From contig CM102285.1 in NCBI GenBank assembly GCA_046563655.1, positions 1,116,001-1,180,000 on the forward strand: DNA of 64,000 bases, in the 5' to 3' direction. The translations under genes were made by a program, and so were the position numbers. Shown one piece after another: positions 13,192 through 26,600 of the stretch (within the stretch, counting starts at the first letter, position 1; each line of letters opens with the position of its first letter). The stretch is from Yuukianura sp. NJ FZ-2021 (taxonomy: Eukaryota). The notes under the pieces are model-generated. The model ran no database searches. It worked only from the letters and a program-made list of their open reading frames with translations, and had not been told where the DNA came from.

Positions 13192-13724
13192 TGAAATTGA
13201 GATTCTCACATTGCCCCGGCTTGTTCTCACCCCCTATCACCCACTGTTTTTTAGAGTAGTGCACCGCGTCAGAACAAACAAGAAACAGACAGATGGTGTC
13301 CGAAACACCAAGGTTCGTTGACAATGGATTTGTATTTTCTACAACAGGTTGTCTAATAACTCAGGGTTTTCAAAAATTTTAGCACGAATCTTTTTAAATA
13401 CATTTTTCCCATTTTTTTTTCAAACTGTAAACACTTCAAATCGCATAGGAATCAAATAAAAGTGGGGGGAAAATTGAAAAATTGTCATAAAAATAGAGAC
13501 AAGTTTAACCCGTTTGGTTTTTGAAAATTTTGGCAAAAAATTGAAAAACTCAAGTTATTGGACAACCTGGTGTAGAAAAAACATTTTCTTTGTCTCGAAC
13601 CTTGAGAAATACAGTTTTTCTTTTTAGCTTTTAGCTTTTTTGCGCGAGTTCTCTCCGACGCTGCGCAGTTGTCTAAAAATAGTGGGTGCGAACATGCTGG
13701 GGCAACTTGAGAATCCCATTTTCA
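13192..13724. mobile_element. Older MITE with ~80-bp inverted arms, containing the nested element at 13309-13604
   Basis: tgaaattgagattctcacattgccccggcttgttctcaccc.. is matched by the reverse complement of ..gggtgcgaacatgctggggcaacttgagaatcccattttca. Confidence 0.7.
13309..13604. mobile_element. hAT-type MITE family A, copy 1 (CAAGGT...ACCTTG)
   Basis: Terminal caaggttcg/cgaaccttg, subterminal inverted caggttgtcYaataac, degenerate 8-bp flanks cgaaacac/agaaatac. Confidence 0.8.
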
Positions 13725-16700
13725 CTTTGTAGTAATTTAAACATTGTAAATGCCAATTAGACTTAAGTGTTGACTACTCCTTGGAAATAAGTCTGATCTC
13801 AACTGTACTCCGTCCAGGAAAAGACAATCCGAGAATTACTCCGTTAGGTTTACATTAGGTTAAGGTTAGGATGAGCTCATGTTAAAGTTCCACAAAGAGA
13901 CTTCTGCATTCCGTCCACTTTGAACCAAGCAATAAACAAGTAAAAGTAACTGCAAAACTGTTTTTGAGTCATTTGGACAGAGACAAAGGGGGTTGACCTG
14001 CCCTTGAAGGGAGACAGGCGGGAGTTTGGCTGGAAGACAAAAGGCTGAAATTGGTTGTCATTAGACTAGGTGCGAGTGGAGCCTGGAGGTGCCATTGGAC
14101 TCTAGTCACGTTTCCCCCCTTGCCAGGGGGACCTTTGACTCTGGACTTTGTGGGCGGGAGTTTGAAAAAGAGTGCCTTTCATTAGGCCTAATTCCTCTCT
14201 CTAAACACAACCCATACTTAGGGAATTAATGTCATTTAGACAGAGACACAAAAACACAAACTCACCCTCCAACCCTCTTTCAGCACAAGAAACAATGCAC
14301 AACTTCACATGATCACTTATGCCCGGATTCGGTCAATTCGGTCAACAATTTATTATGTCATTCCCGTCTCCGAATTCAAAAAATTTCTAAAACACACAAC
14401 GGGGCCAAATTCATTCTCGGTCAATTCGTTCAACAATTCATCCAGTATCTTCTTATCCGAATTTATAAACTTGTAGATAAGGTTGTTTAAATTGAAATTT
14501 TGTATTTTTTTCTTAACATAGGTTCTACCATTACTCCTTTTTTCAAATTTTTTTGAACCTCACATCTGACGCGGCTCTTTTGCGATAGGAATTCGAAATC
14601 AAATCTATATCAGCAACGTGAAAATTAAAAAACTTCAAGAGATTTATTGTGAAAATCAACAAAATTGGTACAAACTTTTTTGTTTTTGTTTTTTTTTTAT
14701 TTTAAAAAATTGGAGTTATGGCATAAACGTATTAGGGCATTTGTATAAATGACGAGCAACATTACTTGGAGAATATACATTTCAACACATTGGCCAACCC
14801 AAATTCGGTCAACTTGACGCGCAACCGATCAAGTTTTCTCCATAATTTACCCCGCTCGGTGCACCTTGTCAACATTACACCATTTCTCTTCGATTCACAG
14901 ATATTCAGAGACGATTTCGCTTTTGAGGAAATTGAATTTGGTCAACGCAACTAAAGTTGATCAACAATTCATGAAAAATGGATGATAAGTTAACAAAGCT
15001 GACTTTGTTAGATTCGTGTTGATTGAGGTTTAGGCTGTTGCTGGCCTATTGAAATTGTAATTAGGAAGATGAGGTGTGGGAAGATGCGGATCCTCCAAAG
15101 TCATCGTGGTCCAATTAAAGAAAACAATGGAAAGAGAGCACAGGGACTAATTGAAACGGAGGGACAAGAGGGGGGAGTGCCCCCGGGGGAGCTAGGGGGC
15201 GGAGTGGTTGTGCTCTTTTATTAGGAGCAATTAGAGGTCAATTACTTTTTTGTGGGACGCTCTGCCCCCCTCCCCACTTCCCTCTCCAACAAATTGCTCA
15301 AATTATGCTTCAAATTGGTCTTCATTACAAGAGTACAAGTAATGTCTCCTAATTGCAATTTATGAGACCCAATCAACCCAAGAAACAAAACAACCACTCA
15401 CGAAACGCACAAAAAGAGCGGGAAAGTTGAAAATGATCAAAAAGAGAAGGAAAACGAGAATTGAAAGTTTCAAACTTTGGAAACAAAAAAAAAGTAGTGA
15501 GATTTGAAAGTTAATTGAATTTATGAATCTGAATTGATGAGATTCATTCCAGCGATGAAGCGCAGAAGTTGCCAAGTCATGGATTTCTAATTAACTCAAC
15601 AGGTAAACCGAATTGGACCCTGCTCTACATTTCTCCTTCCACAATTTATGCAATTTCATCCTTCATCAGTCATGTCTCCAGGCAGAAACTTAAAAAAGGC
15701 GGCTGGATTCAAAATTTGAAAATGTTCAACGCCTGGATTCGAAATTTGAAAACCTTCGTTGTTTTCAAGTTGGCGCCGGAGAGCTGAGTTGAGGTTGCGG
15801 TTTGAACCCAATGAGCCAAATCTGTCGTTTCCTCTGTTCCATTGTTTCCTCAGTCCAATTTCCTCGGAGGTAAGGTGAGAAATATGTTTGTTTAGTTTTG
15901 GCTTAGGTCAATTACCACCTCCTGCCCACCTCAATTTCATCCCCATTAAAGTTTAGTGTTGAATTGGGGTTGGATTCGGAGGAACAAGGGAGGAATCAAT
16001 TCGTGACTTAAGCTTTTCTATCAAGTCCCTCCAATTCTCCAATCATCCGCTAATGGTCCGTGCTTCCTCAATTCACACCAAACATACTTCCAACAGGGTT
16101 TCTCAACACTACCTTGTACACAACTGGGCACCAAACAAACATAACTTTTAAAAAAGTCTAATCTTCCCCAAACCTTACGAATACGATCCCGTGTTTTGAC
16201 GTTAAAATCAAATAGAAGCATTTTTTACGAGACGCCTTTCATTTTTCCGAACATTGTTTGAACCTGGACGAATTTTAAAATATTTTCCTAAACATTGGCC
16301 AACAATCAAGCCATCCTCCTGTAAGATGGGGGTAATCAATACCAAAACGATGCAGGCATCTGCTTATTGTCAGCCTTGCAATTTGAAAATTTCTGGCATT
16401 GCTCTCCAAATTCCCTCGCAATAAAGCAATCCGGCAAGTCCACGCTGCCTAAAAATTTTTAGCGGGAGTTTAGCACAGCATGTGGGGAAATCATTCAAAT
16501 ATAGTTATGTTGTCACCCTTTTTACCAATTTTAGCGTTGTTCTTCAAATTCCCCCCCATAATGTAATCCGCCAAACCTTAGGAAAGTCTGCGACGGCCTA
16601 GAACTTTTGACAGAAAGTTAGCACAACATGTGGGGAAATCATTACCTAAATTATTTAGTCAAGTCTCTATATATTGTCCCCCTAGTTTGCAAAATTTTGA

Positions 16701-17514
16701 CATTGATCTCCAAATTCTCTCACATAAAATAATATTGAAAATCTTGATAAACGCTTTCAACTGCCCAAAAAAATGTCTCATCTCGCCTCTTCGAGTAATT
16801 GTCTCTTGCCTCTGCCAGACGGAGTTGCGTAACCCTGGTTTTTCGAAATGGGAAATTTGGATCCTAATCCAGCGTGAAGAAGATGAGAAGAAGAATCAGA
16901 AAGGTAAATGAGAAGATGAGATCCCAACCGGCACTACGCCACTTCAACTCTCCCTAATCCACTTCCCAAAAAATCAAATCAAAATCAATTCCACTTTGTC
17001 ACAATTTAAACCAGAAAAAAAAACTTTCTTTCTAAACTGGGCCTCTTCTCATAGAATTGGAATGTAAAACAAAAAAAAAGCGGGTGGTGGGAGCAGCGGA
17101 GTAGGGTTAATTAAATTGGGCTTCATTTGTAATTGGTTGATTGTGATTATTAGAGGTCGTAAACCCATTGCAGAACAGAGTCACAATCTCACTCCCAAAT
17201 CTCTCAGGAGGCAATAAACCTCTTGGTCAGACGAAATTCAAAGGAGTAGAGCGCCTGCGCAAAACTCCATTGTCTTTAGCCCTGGCGTCACAGACGCAAC
17301 TACTCATGGATTGTATATTTCTCATTAGGGAAGGGAGGCTTTGCAAGCGAGGTAATTGAATGAGGAGAAGGAGTGATTTGTGGGAGTTTAAATAATTAGA
17401 AAGACAAGAATCCTGGCCCATTACTCACCTCCATTTATCCACTCATGTCTAACCCATGCGCAAACAGGGTTAGGCAACGCTATGCCCACACTCGTAATGA
17501 AACTGTAGAACAGC

Positions 17515-17895
17515 ATTTGTATCTCCAAAAATATATCGTGCCAAAATATCTCCAGAAAATATCTCGATGTGATAAGTTTGGACTTGGGATATCTCTGAAG
17601 ATATTTTAGCCGGAAACCTGTTTGGACTCATTTTGTCTCCAGATATTTTCCAAGATATATCATAGGAGATATTTTTACTCAAGATATTTTAGAACATATA
17701 TCTCAGAAGATATCCTTACTCAGGATATTTTCGGAGATACTTTGTCTGGAGCTGATTTCATCGAAATATTTTGAGTCAAAATCTTTTAGGATATTTTTAT
17801 GAGATATTTTGGCTCGAGGTATATTTGGAAACATTTTTGAGATATTTTGAAAAGATATTTTCAAAAAAACGTTTTGACTGGAGATATTTGCGGGT
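17515..17895. repeat. Low-complexity repeat block built from gatatttt / aaaatatc units (foldback-like remnant)
   Basis: Many gatatttt-type motifs, with the inverted form aaaatatc at the left end. Confidence 0.5.
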
Positions 17896-19212
17896 AGACA
17901 TTGTTTAAGAGGACTCGGTTGCTATGAATGAGAGTTTGAATTGCGTAAGAGCGGAAAAGTGAGCGGAATCCGGAACAAACTGAAAGATTGTTCTCAGAGT
18001 CTTAAAATAGAGCAGAAAGTCGTTAGCCAATTATGGAGATTGTTCTGGAGTCAGTAATTGAGCACTTGTGCAATTAGCTCCAACCATTAGAAGTACATTT
18101 GAGTGCGTTTAATTGTAGGTTTTAAGTTTAAGTCTAAGTTTAAACTTAACTCAATTTAAATTTTCCCGCTCTTCGAGATGGAACTGCTCTCAACCAACTC
18201 TCTCCACAGATTATTTCTCACCCTCTCTAGTAAATCAAACCTTGAACTCTACTCTTCACGTGCCATTTTTCTTAAAACTTGAAAGTAAAACTGAACTTCA
18301 GTTTGTTACAAAAAGTTAATTTTTTCTAAAAACATCCAGATGTCGGCACTTTTACAACAATTTTTCTAAAAACAGACTCAGAGTTTAACTAACATCAATC
18401 TGTGTTCTTTTTCTAATCAAAATATGGAAAAGAGAAAATGAAAAACGGCGGGAACTTCAGTTTTTTTAAACTGCTGAAAGGTTTTGGTGGTGGAGACATG
18501 TGTAGTTGAGCCTCTGGCTCCACAGGACTCTGTCGACCTCTGACCCACAACAAATAAAAACAACCCTCACGCAACTCACTAACAAAAGTTTAAACTTTAA
18601 CAAAAAACAAAAGGAGGAAAACAATTAGAAAGAAGGAATCCACAATTTAATTATGGCACCAAAACCCGCCTTTTTTAAATCATAAATTCAAAAGAGCTTG
18701 AGAATCCGAAAGGAAACTCATTTTTTTTGGTAAAGGTTTTTCCGAAATCCAATTTTGTTTTGGATTTGGGAAGGAGGAGTGGCTGTTTTGAGTTAGAAAA
18801 GAGAAAGCAGCGGGAGACTCTCCTCATCCAATTGAGGGCATTAGCATTAGTTAATTTAAGAAATTTCAAATTTTTTTTGTTCTTACTTTCCCGCCCCGAG
18901 GAAAGTTGGAGAATAAATTAAGGAGAGTTTAATTAAGTTTAGGATCCCGTTGTGCAGATCATCTACAAAAAACATGCGCAGTTTAACAAAACAATTCCCC
19001 TGCTGGAATCAAAATGATCCATTCAACTCATCATTTTGCTCAGACACAGTCACTATGACGACCTGTCACAAACTGAATAACCGGCAAGGACGAGTTGTGC
19101 TAAAATTGCCGATGTTTGCCCATCCACTTTTTCATCAATTCGAAATGACCCGCCCAACTTTTTTCAGTCGTTGACGACCACGAACTGTCGTCACAAACGA
19201 GAAATCCGGGAA

Positions 19213-19441
19213 CAAGGTTTCTTGACACCCGAATTGAATTTCCTACAAAACGTTGTCCAATAACTCAGGGTTTTCAAAAATCTTACTTCAAACAACTTTT
19301 AGCACCAGTTTAGCACCAATCCCATTTACTGTATATGCAAAAAATTACCATAGAAAGACAGATTTCCTACTTTCAAACAAAGTTTAAAACTTCGAGTTAT
19401 TGGACAACCTGGTGCAGAAATTTTTTTGTTTACGAACCTTG
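19213..19441. mobile_element. hAT-type MITE family A, copy 2
   Basis: caaggttt...gaaccttg with TSD tccgggaa/gccgggaa. Confidence 0.82.
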
Positions 19442-22194
19442 GCCGGGAATGAGTTGCGTTAAAATTGCCGATCCCTGCCAGCCCAGTTAGTTTTTAGCGC
19501 TGGAATCAAACGATGACTGGGCTGCTGATCAAATCAGCAGTAATTCTGCTTCAGTTGTTGTGATAAACCGGTAAAGATGAGTTGAGTTGCGTTTAAATTG
19601 CCGATGTCTGCCCGCCCACTTCTTTTTGGCCAAAAAACTAAAGACAAGGGGATTTTGGGGTTATTAATTGCCTTCTCTTTTCTTTCCTAATTAGTAACAT
19701 GACTGGCTTTTGTTCTTTACATTTTTCAAGGCTCATTTTTTTCTCCAAATTTTTTGTTTCAAGTCCAAATTGGCTGCTGAAGTTTTTTTGTTGTAGAAGA
19801 TCGTTTGGTAATGCCTATGGAAATGTTGGTAATGTTTGATTTGTGTGTGTAAGTGGTTTTATTCGTGTTTAGGAGCTGTTTGTTTTGTAGGAAAGTGACA
19901 GGAGAGTGGTTCATAATCTGAGAGACCCCCTCCCCTCACGAGACTCATTAGAAGGTACTCAGAGGGGGCGGGGGAGGGGGGCCACAGATGAAATATGGAG
20001 ACTGGATTTATTGGCCGTCGAGTCCAAATCCAATTGAACTCATTCCACCAAGTCATGAGTGGAAGTGGGTGCTGGGCTTAAGAGCTAATGGTCTCTGCCA
20101 GTGAGCCTAACTTCATTAAGTTGATTGGCACTTTCAATTAAGAGTGGGAAACAAATGGAGGACCTCCGCAGAGACTCAGTCTAAACGCTAAATCAACAAC
20201 AACATCTAACCTCCCTTCTGGTCCAAATCCAATTAATCCAAACCAAATCAAACACAAGAGAGAGGATAAGCAATGAATCAGAAACCAATCAATTAATCAC
20301 AATCACTCTCAATTTTAAATTCATCCCAATCAGCTTCCTATTTATATAGATCTCACAATCAGCGATTTTCAATCTTCCAATCTCGTAAAAAACGTTTCTA
20401 ATACTAAATATTTAGCAAAAAATGGTATAAAGTGAGAGTGTAACAAGCAGGACTCGGCATTCCTCCGACTTTGCTAGACGTTATAGACGGAATTCTCAAT
20501 TTTTCTCCGTTGTTACTTGAGAACTCTGGTTTTCGAAATTTCAAGAAGCAATTGAATCTGCATCTGGTCCAAGAAAAAATGAAATTCTTAGTTTTAAATT
20601 TTGAAATTTAAATCCATTATAACATTTTGAACACAAGGCTTTTATTGGGGCAGGGAATTTGGAGAAAGATGCAAAAAATGTTGCAACATTTTGGTAATGG
20701 TTACCCTCAAACCCGCGGAAGTGCTAAAAATGCCCCTGTTTGAGAAAAGAATTGTTCTTTTTCTTCAAATTTTTCAAAGTGCGAAAAAAATTGCCGATCT
20801 TCCTAAAGTCATAACGTTAAATCCGAGTACAAGAAATGCCGGTATGTAGTTAGTAGCACTCGCTAAGCCAGTTTGTACCCGTTACTAGGCGGGTATTTCG
20901 GAGTCTGCGTTTTTATAGTCTCCATTGTTGTTTGAAGTAGAAGAATAAATTGTGTTGGGGTCGCTGGCAGAGAAAGGGAGGTTGATGCCCATTTACTTTG
21001 ATAGTTCAACTCCGCCCTTCCCAAACTCTCCTGTCAGTTGCTTTTCCCAATCAAAACCCACCGTATGCGATATTCAAACCACCCAAAGTCCTCTCTGACC
21101 CCTCCGAGCTCAACTCTACTCAAAAGCAAGCTCGTTCTGAACGGAACTTTTAGTGCCGATGTCGGACTCCATTGAACTGAACTCAGCTCAAGCGCAAACT
21201 TCCTGAACAGAGGTTTTAGTGCCGACGTGTGTTGTGTTGGCGTTTAAACTGTGTTGGTATTAATTGGAGTGATTCGTGTGAATGATTTGTGTTGAATTGG
21301 GAGTGTGATTGGAGGAGAATGGCTGTTGATTGAATGAGGGATGGGTGGTGGGTTAATTGGAGACTGAATTACCTAGTTACACATCGGGGGGTGACACAGG
21401 GGATAAGTGGACTCCACACAACCTAACAATAACAATCCACAAATAGGCAATCAGGAACTAATTGATTTTCAATCTCACCAAATCAATCTCTCTCTCATCC
21501 TCAATTCAAAACTAATCTTTTACAATTCAAACTCAACTAAGCAGAATCCACTTTCTTTCCACTCCCTGATACCTGCAACAAATTGACTAAATTAAAATAG
21601 TGGATCAAAAATTCCAAAGCTTATAAGCAAGCAGAAGTCGACGGAAAACAAGGAAAGCAAGAGATGAGAACGGAGCAGGCGAATGCGGAGAAAGTTGATT
21701 GAAATCGAAGCTAGCTAGCATTGCACTTGCTCGTACTCCTTTTGTTACAGAAATTTTGCTTTTACTGCAAAAACAGCAAAAAGGCAAAGCATCCGAATTT
21801 AAAACCTTCTTTTGTGCCATAGTCTCGAAGAATAATTTACAAGTCCAGGAATTGCATCGGATTTCTTTCACAGCAAAAATTCTGCTATTACAGCAAAAAA
21901 TCTGCCTTTGCAGCAAAACAAGAGCTAATGACAGCAAAAGGCAGAGCATCCACTTTAAAAATCTGCTCTTCCGCAACATCGTCTGCAGAGATCTTGACGT
22001 TTGAGGTCGTCCGACTTACTTTACTTCTGCATAAAGGTTGTGTGAGGGCCCTTGAAGGGCTCCATTACCTGGAAAACTGGCTAAGAAAAAAAAACTCCCT
22101 GCAATCGGCACCTCTTCCCTCTTATTACACTGCAACCAAGGCCCCCCTCTCTCTAATTACGCACACAAACAGATGCTGTTCAACTTCCGCTTAA

Positions 22195-22445
22195 CAAAAC
22201 ACACAATCTTACATCTTTAACTCAAAAAACACACAGTCTTACATCTTTCGCTCAAACAACACACAATCTTACATCTTTCGCTCAAAACCACACAATGTTG
22301 CATTTTCGCTCAACGAAAACATACACACGATCCTGCATCTTTCGCTCAAAACCACAAGTTTCGCACCTTTCGCTCAAATACAACTTTTTTTTTGCATCTT
22401 TCGTTTAAAACACACAACCTTGCATCATTCGCTTAAAAAATACAA
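22195..22445. repeat. ~31-bp minisatellite, about 8 degenerate copies
   Basis: Repeats of aaacacacaatcttacatctttcgctca. Confidence 0.8.
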
Positions 22446-23394
22446 AACCTTAACTTGCTTTAGCACTAACTTTTTTTTAAACTTGCTTAACACTGACTTT
22501 TTAACAATACTCTAACTTGCTTAACACTAGTTTTTTTTTCTTAAAATACTCTAACTTTTCCTGTTCGAAAGCCTGGATAGAGAGCACGAGAAAGCAAAGA
22601 CTATGGAAAGTGATGAGTCAGGAGCTGGAATTAGAAACTAAATCTCGGCGGGTGGAATCAATTTACTAGAATGATCAAGTCCAATTCCAAAAGGGCTCCT
22701 GTGACCTCTGACCTCAACTATTTACTGCCACTGGACAACATCAATTCCAAATCAACATCAAACAAAAGAACCTCGGAATGAGAGTCAGCAGGGAGTCTTG
22801 AATCTTCTCATCTAAATTCCATCAAGTCTGAAATTCATTTAAAATTAAATTAATTAGACAACATGACTTTCCACATCATTCCCAAAATCAAATCATACAA
22901 AACGCTCTTCACTATCTACAAATTTCAAAATCCAAAAAGCAACAATTCATCTTTTTTTTTTTATTGAAAAAGGAAACTCCGGTGGAGTAGGGAGCCATTA
23001 GTAGACTTGAAATTTTGAACTTGAAATAAAAGGTGCGTGTTTTCGTTACAAACTGAAACTTTTGTTACAAAAACTTTGACTTTTGAGTTTTTAGTTGGGG
23101 GATGAAATGTAGTGCTCATTAGAAGCTGCCTAATCCCTCTTAATTTCTGGTTTGTGTTGTGTTCCCTCGTTAATTCCTGCGTTAACCTCCCCCGCCCCTT
23201 CCTAATTTATCAATTTATTAATGAGTCCACTTCAAATAGAAGGAGAGGCACGCCCACATCCACAAACAAAGGAACTTCAGCACGCCTACGCGCCAAACTT
23301 CCATTTTCACTAAAACATGTCATTGTATAACATTTGCCTTATGTTGGAACCGGAGAATGCGCAGTAGAACGACTGTAGATTGCGCAGACGATGC

Positions 23395-23620
23395 TACGTT
23401 CGTAAACAAAAAGAAGCTTTTTCTATACCAGGTTGTCCAATAACTGGAAGTTTTAAAATTTGTTTGAAAATAGCAAACCTTCCTTTCTATAATATTTTTT
23501 TTTTGCATGTGATATAAATGGGATTGGTGCAAAAAATTGTTTGAAGTAAAATTTTTGGAAACCTTGAGTTATTGGACAACCTGCTGTAGGAATTACAATT
23601 TCTGTTATCAAGGAACCTTG
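23395..23620. mobile_element. hAT-type MITE family A, copy 3
   Basis: Same caggttgtccaataac / gttattggacaacctg subterminal inverted repeats; right end aggaaccttg. Confidence 0.72.
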
Positions 23621-26600
23621 ATTTTCCCCAATTCCGAACTTTTTCAAGAAATTGTAGAATGCGGAGATCAGAAAAACTTAATTTTCTATTTGATTTCCAA
23701 ACTTTTTCTATTTTTTTAGCTCCTAACTAACATCAAAATTTGAATTTAACGGAAAGAGAGAAAGTCAGAAATGCCGAAAAAAGCGAAGCAGAAGGGAAAG
23801 TCAATGATTTTCTTACCATTAAAGAGAACGCTCTCTATTCGTGGTTAGGCAAGTACAGAACTACAATGTGAAAATTTCTCTTTCCAGTGTGACTTCTTCT
23901 CACTTGGAGGCGACACTCATCTGAGACGAAAAAAACGAGACAAAATGAAGAGAATGCGACAAACTTTGCCAAAATGTTCCAAAATCAACAAAATTGTTTC
24001 AAACTCAACAAGAAAATAGTCCAACTCAGCAACAAATATTTCAAATCCAGAGAAAATTATCCAAGATCAACAACAACAAACTTCCAAATTGAAAAATTGA
24101 GTTAAAACGATATTTCAAGTTGTAACATGAAAAAAGTAGTACGTAGATAATCTGTTTCATCTTTAAAAGACATACGATACAACTCATAAAATTTCCCACG
24201 AGGAAGGAAACACGGTTATAATGAGATTTTGTTACAAATACAATTTTTGTAATTTCAATTCCGTTATTAAATTCAGCAACCTTTCTAAATAGTTGAGTTT
24301 AAAATTTAAAATTTACTGAAGAAATTTATTTTAAAGATTTATAATTATTGAGTATTTTTTGATAGATTCAGTCGGTTGAAAAGAGTTTTTTTTAAGTTTT
24401 TGTTTTGTTCTTTTTGTGTTTAGATTGAGTTTGAAAATTTTTTGGATGCGTACAATGAGGAATTAGGATGAGTGATGTAAGTGGGAAGCAGAATGTTGAG
24501 TAGCATTGGAATGCTGATGTGGTGGGTGGTTTGTAATTAGGAAAAAACAAAGTGGCAGGAACACAAGAGACGATTAGATGTGCATTCCACATTGATCTTG
24601 GGGTGACAAGGGAGACAGAAGGACGAGGTCAACCCACCTCGTCACAAAAATCTACACAAAGTCACTCCGATTCTACCCGCATTTTTTCACACTCTACCAT
24701 ACTCTGAACGACTCCTAAATTTAGACAGAAACGAGAAACCGCGCATCAGTGTAACAGCCAAGCAAAAATGCTCAAAAAACTACGCAATTCCTCCAACAGT
24801 GCCAACAAAGATACCAAAATTAAAAAAAAACGCCGAGAAAATGTTGTCTCATTCGAGCACAATTTCCTAAATTTCAAAATCGGAATTTCAAAAAAGAACC
24901 ACGCCCTATGTCCAAAGTTGGGACTCGCATCCCAAAAAGTTCGCCTCAAATTCAGAATTTGGCTAATTTAAAACAACAACTTTTTTTGAAAACTTTTTTT
25001 AAACTTTAGAATTATATTTTGTAGAGATTATTTTTGTATGGAGAGACAGTCCGTGGGAGTGGAATGCGTTGTATACTGTCTAATAAACAATACTAAGAGT
25101 AATTTTGTTTCCAAAATACCCGGGTATTTTCAAATGCTACTATTTCCCAAGTTGTTCTGTGTTTCAAGTGTTGATGACCTGTAAGGAGCCCATTCCCATT
25201 TCTTTTCTGTGTTTTCTTCCCACTTACTTGTCTTTTTAAACTGTGTCGTGCTCAATCCGAACCAATAAATCCAATCTACGCAAATATAAATTTTCCAAGT
25301 TGAATCAAAACACATCTGAGGATCATTTGGAAAGCAGACGCATGTCGAAGCCAAAACAATTGAGAGCACATTTACCCAACACCACACAAGGCGCCTCTCT
25401 TTAAAACACAGTTTGAACCTCCGTTGTTTACTTTGAAAATAAACAAAAGGAACCTTGTCCATCACCAAAATCCTTTGGAGTAAATATCCACGTACCCTCC
25501 AGCTACAACTTTGTTTAAAAAGTACTAACCTCGCAGTTTCAAACAATTCAAACAGGAACTGCATAAAACCTTGCTTTTAGAGGATTCATTCATAAACTTT
25601 TCAAAGAAAAAAAAACTGCAAGGCAAGGATAAAAAAACTAACAGAAATCGCTTTTTATTCGCCGAAGCTAAAATATTGTGAATAGAGGTGACACGAGACG
25701 ATTTTTGGGCAGTAGATGTCTATTTTTAAAGATTTTATAGACTACTATAAAAGTGAATTTGAAGAAAAATGGCAAAATTAACCAATTAGGACGGCAAAGA
25801 GCCGGTCCTTCCTGCGTCATTTTGGCAATGGTTTCCCCACATGATGTGCTAACGTACTGCCTCAACTGCTAGAACCGACGTAGACCTATGAACCGAAGCG
25901 GCTGTGGTGTTTAAACAGAGCCGACATGGGCAATTTGATGTTTAAACAAATTTTTAATGATTTTAAACATCACTGCATGCGGAGTGAATTTGGAAAAAAA
26001 TGTCAAAATTAGTAAAACTTCTTTGGATGACAAAATACAGATGCTTGTCTGCGTCATTTTGGTAATGATTTCCCCACATGATGTGTTAGCGTGCTGCTAA
26101 AAATGGTTCTAAAAGTTTACTTTTTTTTGGTGGCTAAATTCGGCTACTAAAATTTAAACTGTCCTTTTTAACTATTTTAAACTACTGCATCCGGAGTCCA
26201 TGCCATAATCTATGCATCAACAAAATCTAAGTATGCCTCATTAGACAATTAGTACTAAAATTAAACTAATCAAAGCCTCATTCGACTAACCTAACTACCA
26301 AACCTAATGCAAATCCTCGGTAACGTCATGCTTCAATTTTAGGTTGCTTAGATTATGGCGTGCTTCGTTGCTTCTGGAGTGAATTTGGAAAAACAAAATG
26401 TGAAAGTTAGTTAAAAAAATTTTGGGATGACAAAATACAGATGCTTGGCTGCATTATTTTGGCAATGATTTCTACATATAATGTGCTAACTTGTTGTCAA
26501 AACTGTCAAAACACATTTACCAACAATTTTGGACTGAATTCGAACAAAGTAAAAAAAAGAATCGCCTGAAATGTTCCAAGTCATCGGTCATTAGGGCGAT

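Noticed and set aside
13840-13870. TTAGG-like repeats as telomeric sequence
   Set aside because: Only two or three degenerate units, of a kind scattered through the window; not an array.
21605-22194. Overlapping ORFs as a possible aristaless OAR exon or a separate gene
   Set aside because: No OAR motif; the frames arise from repeated cagcaaaa words.
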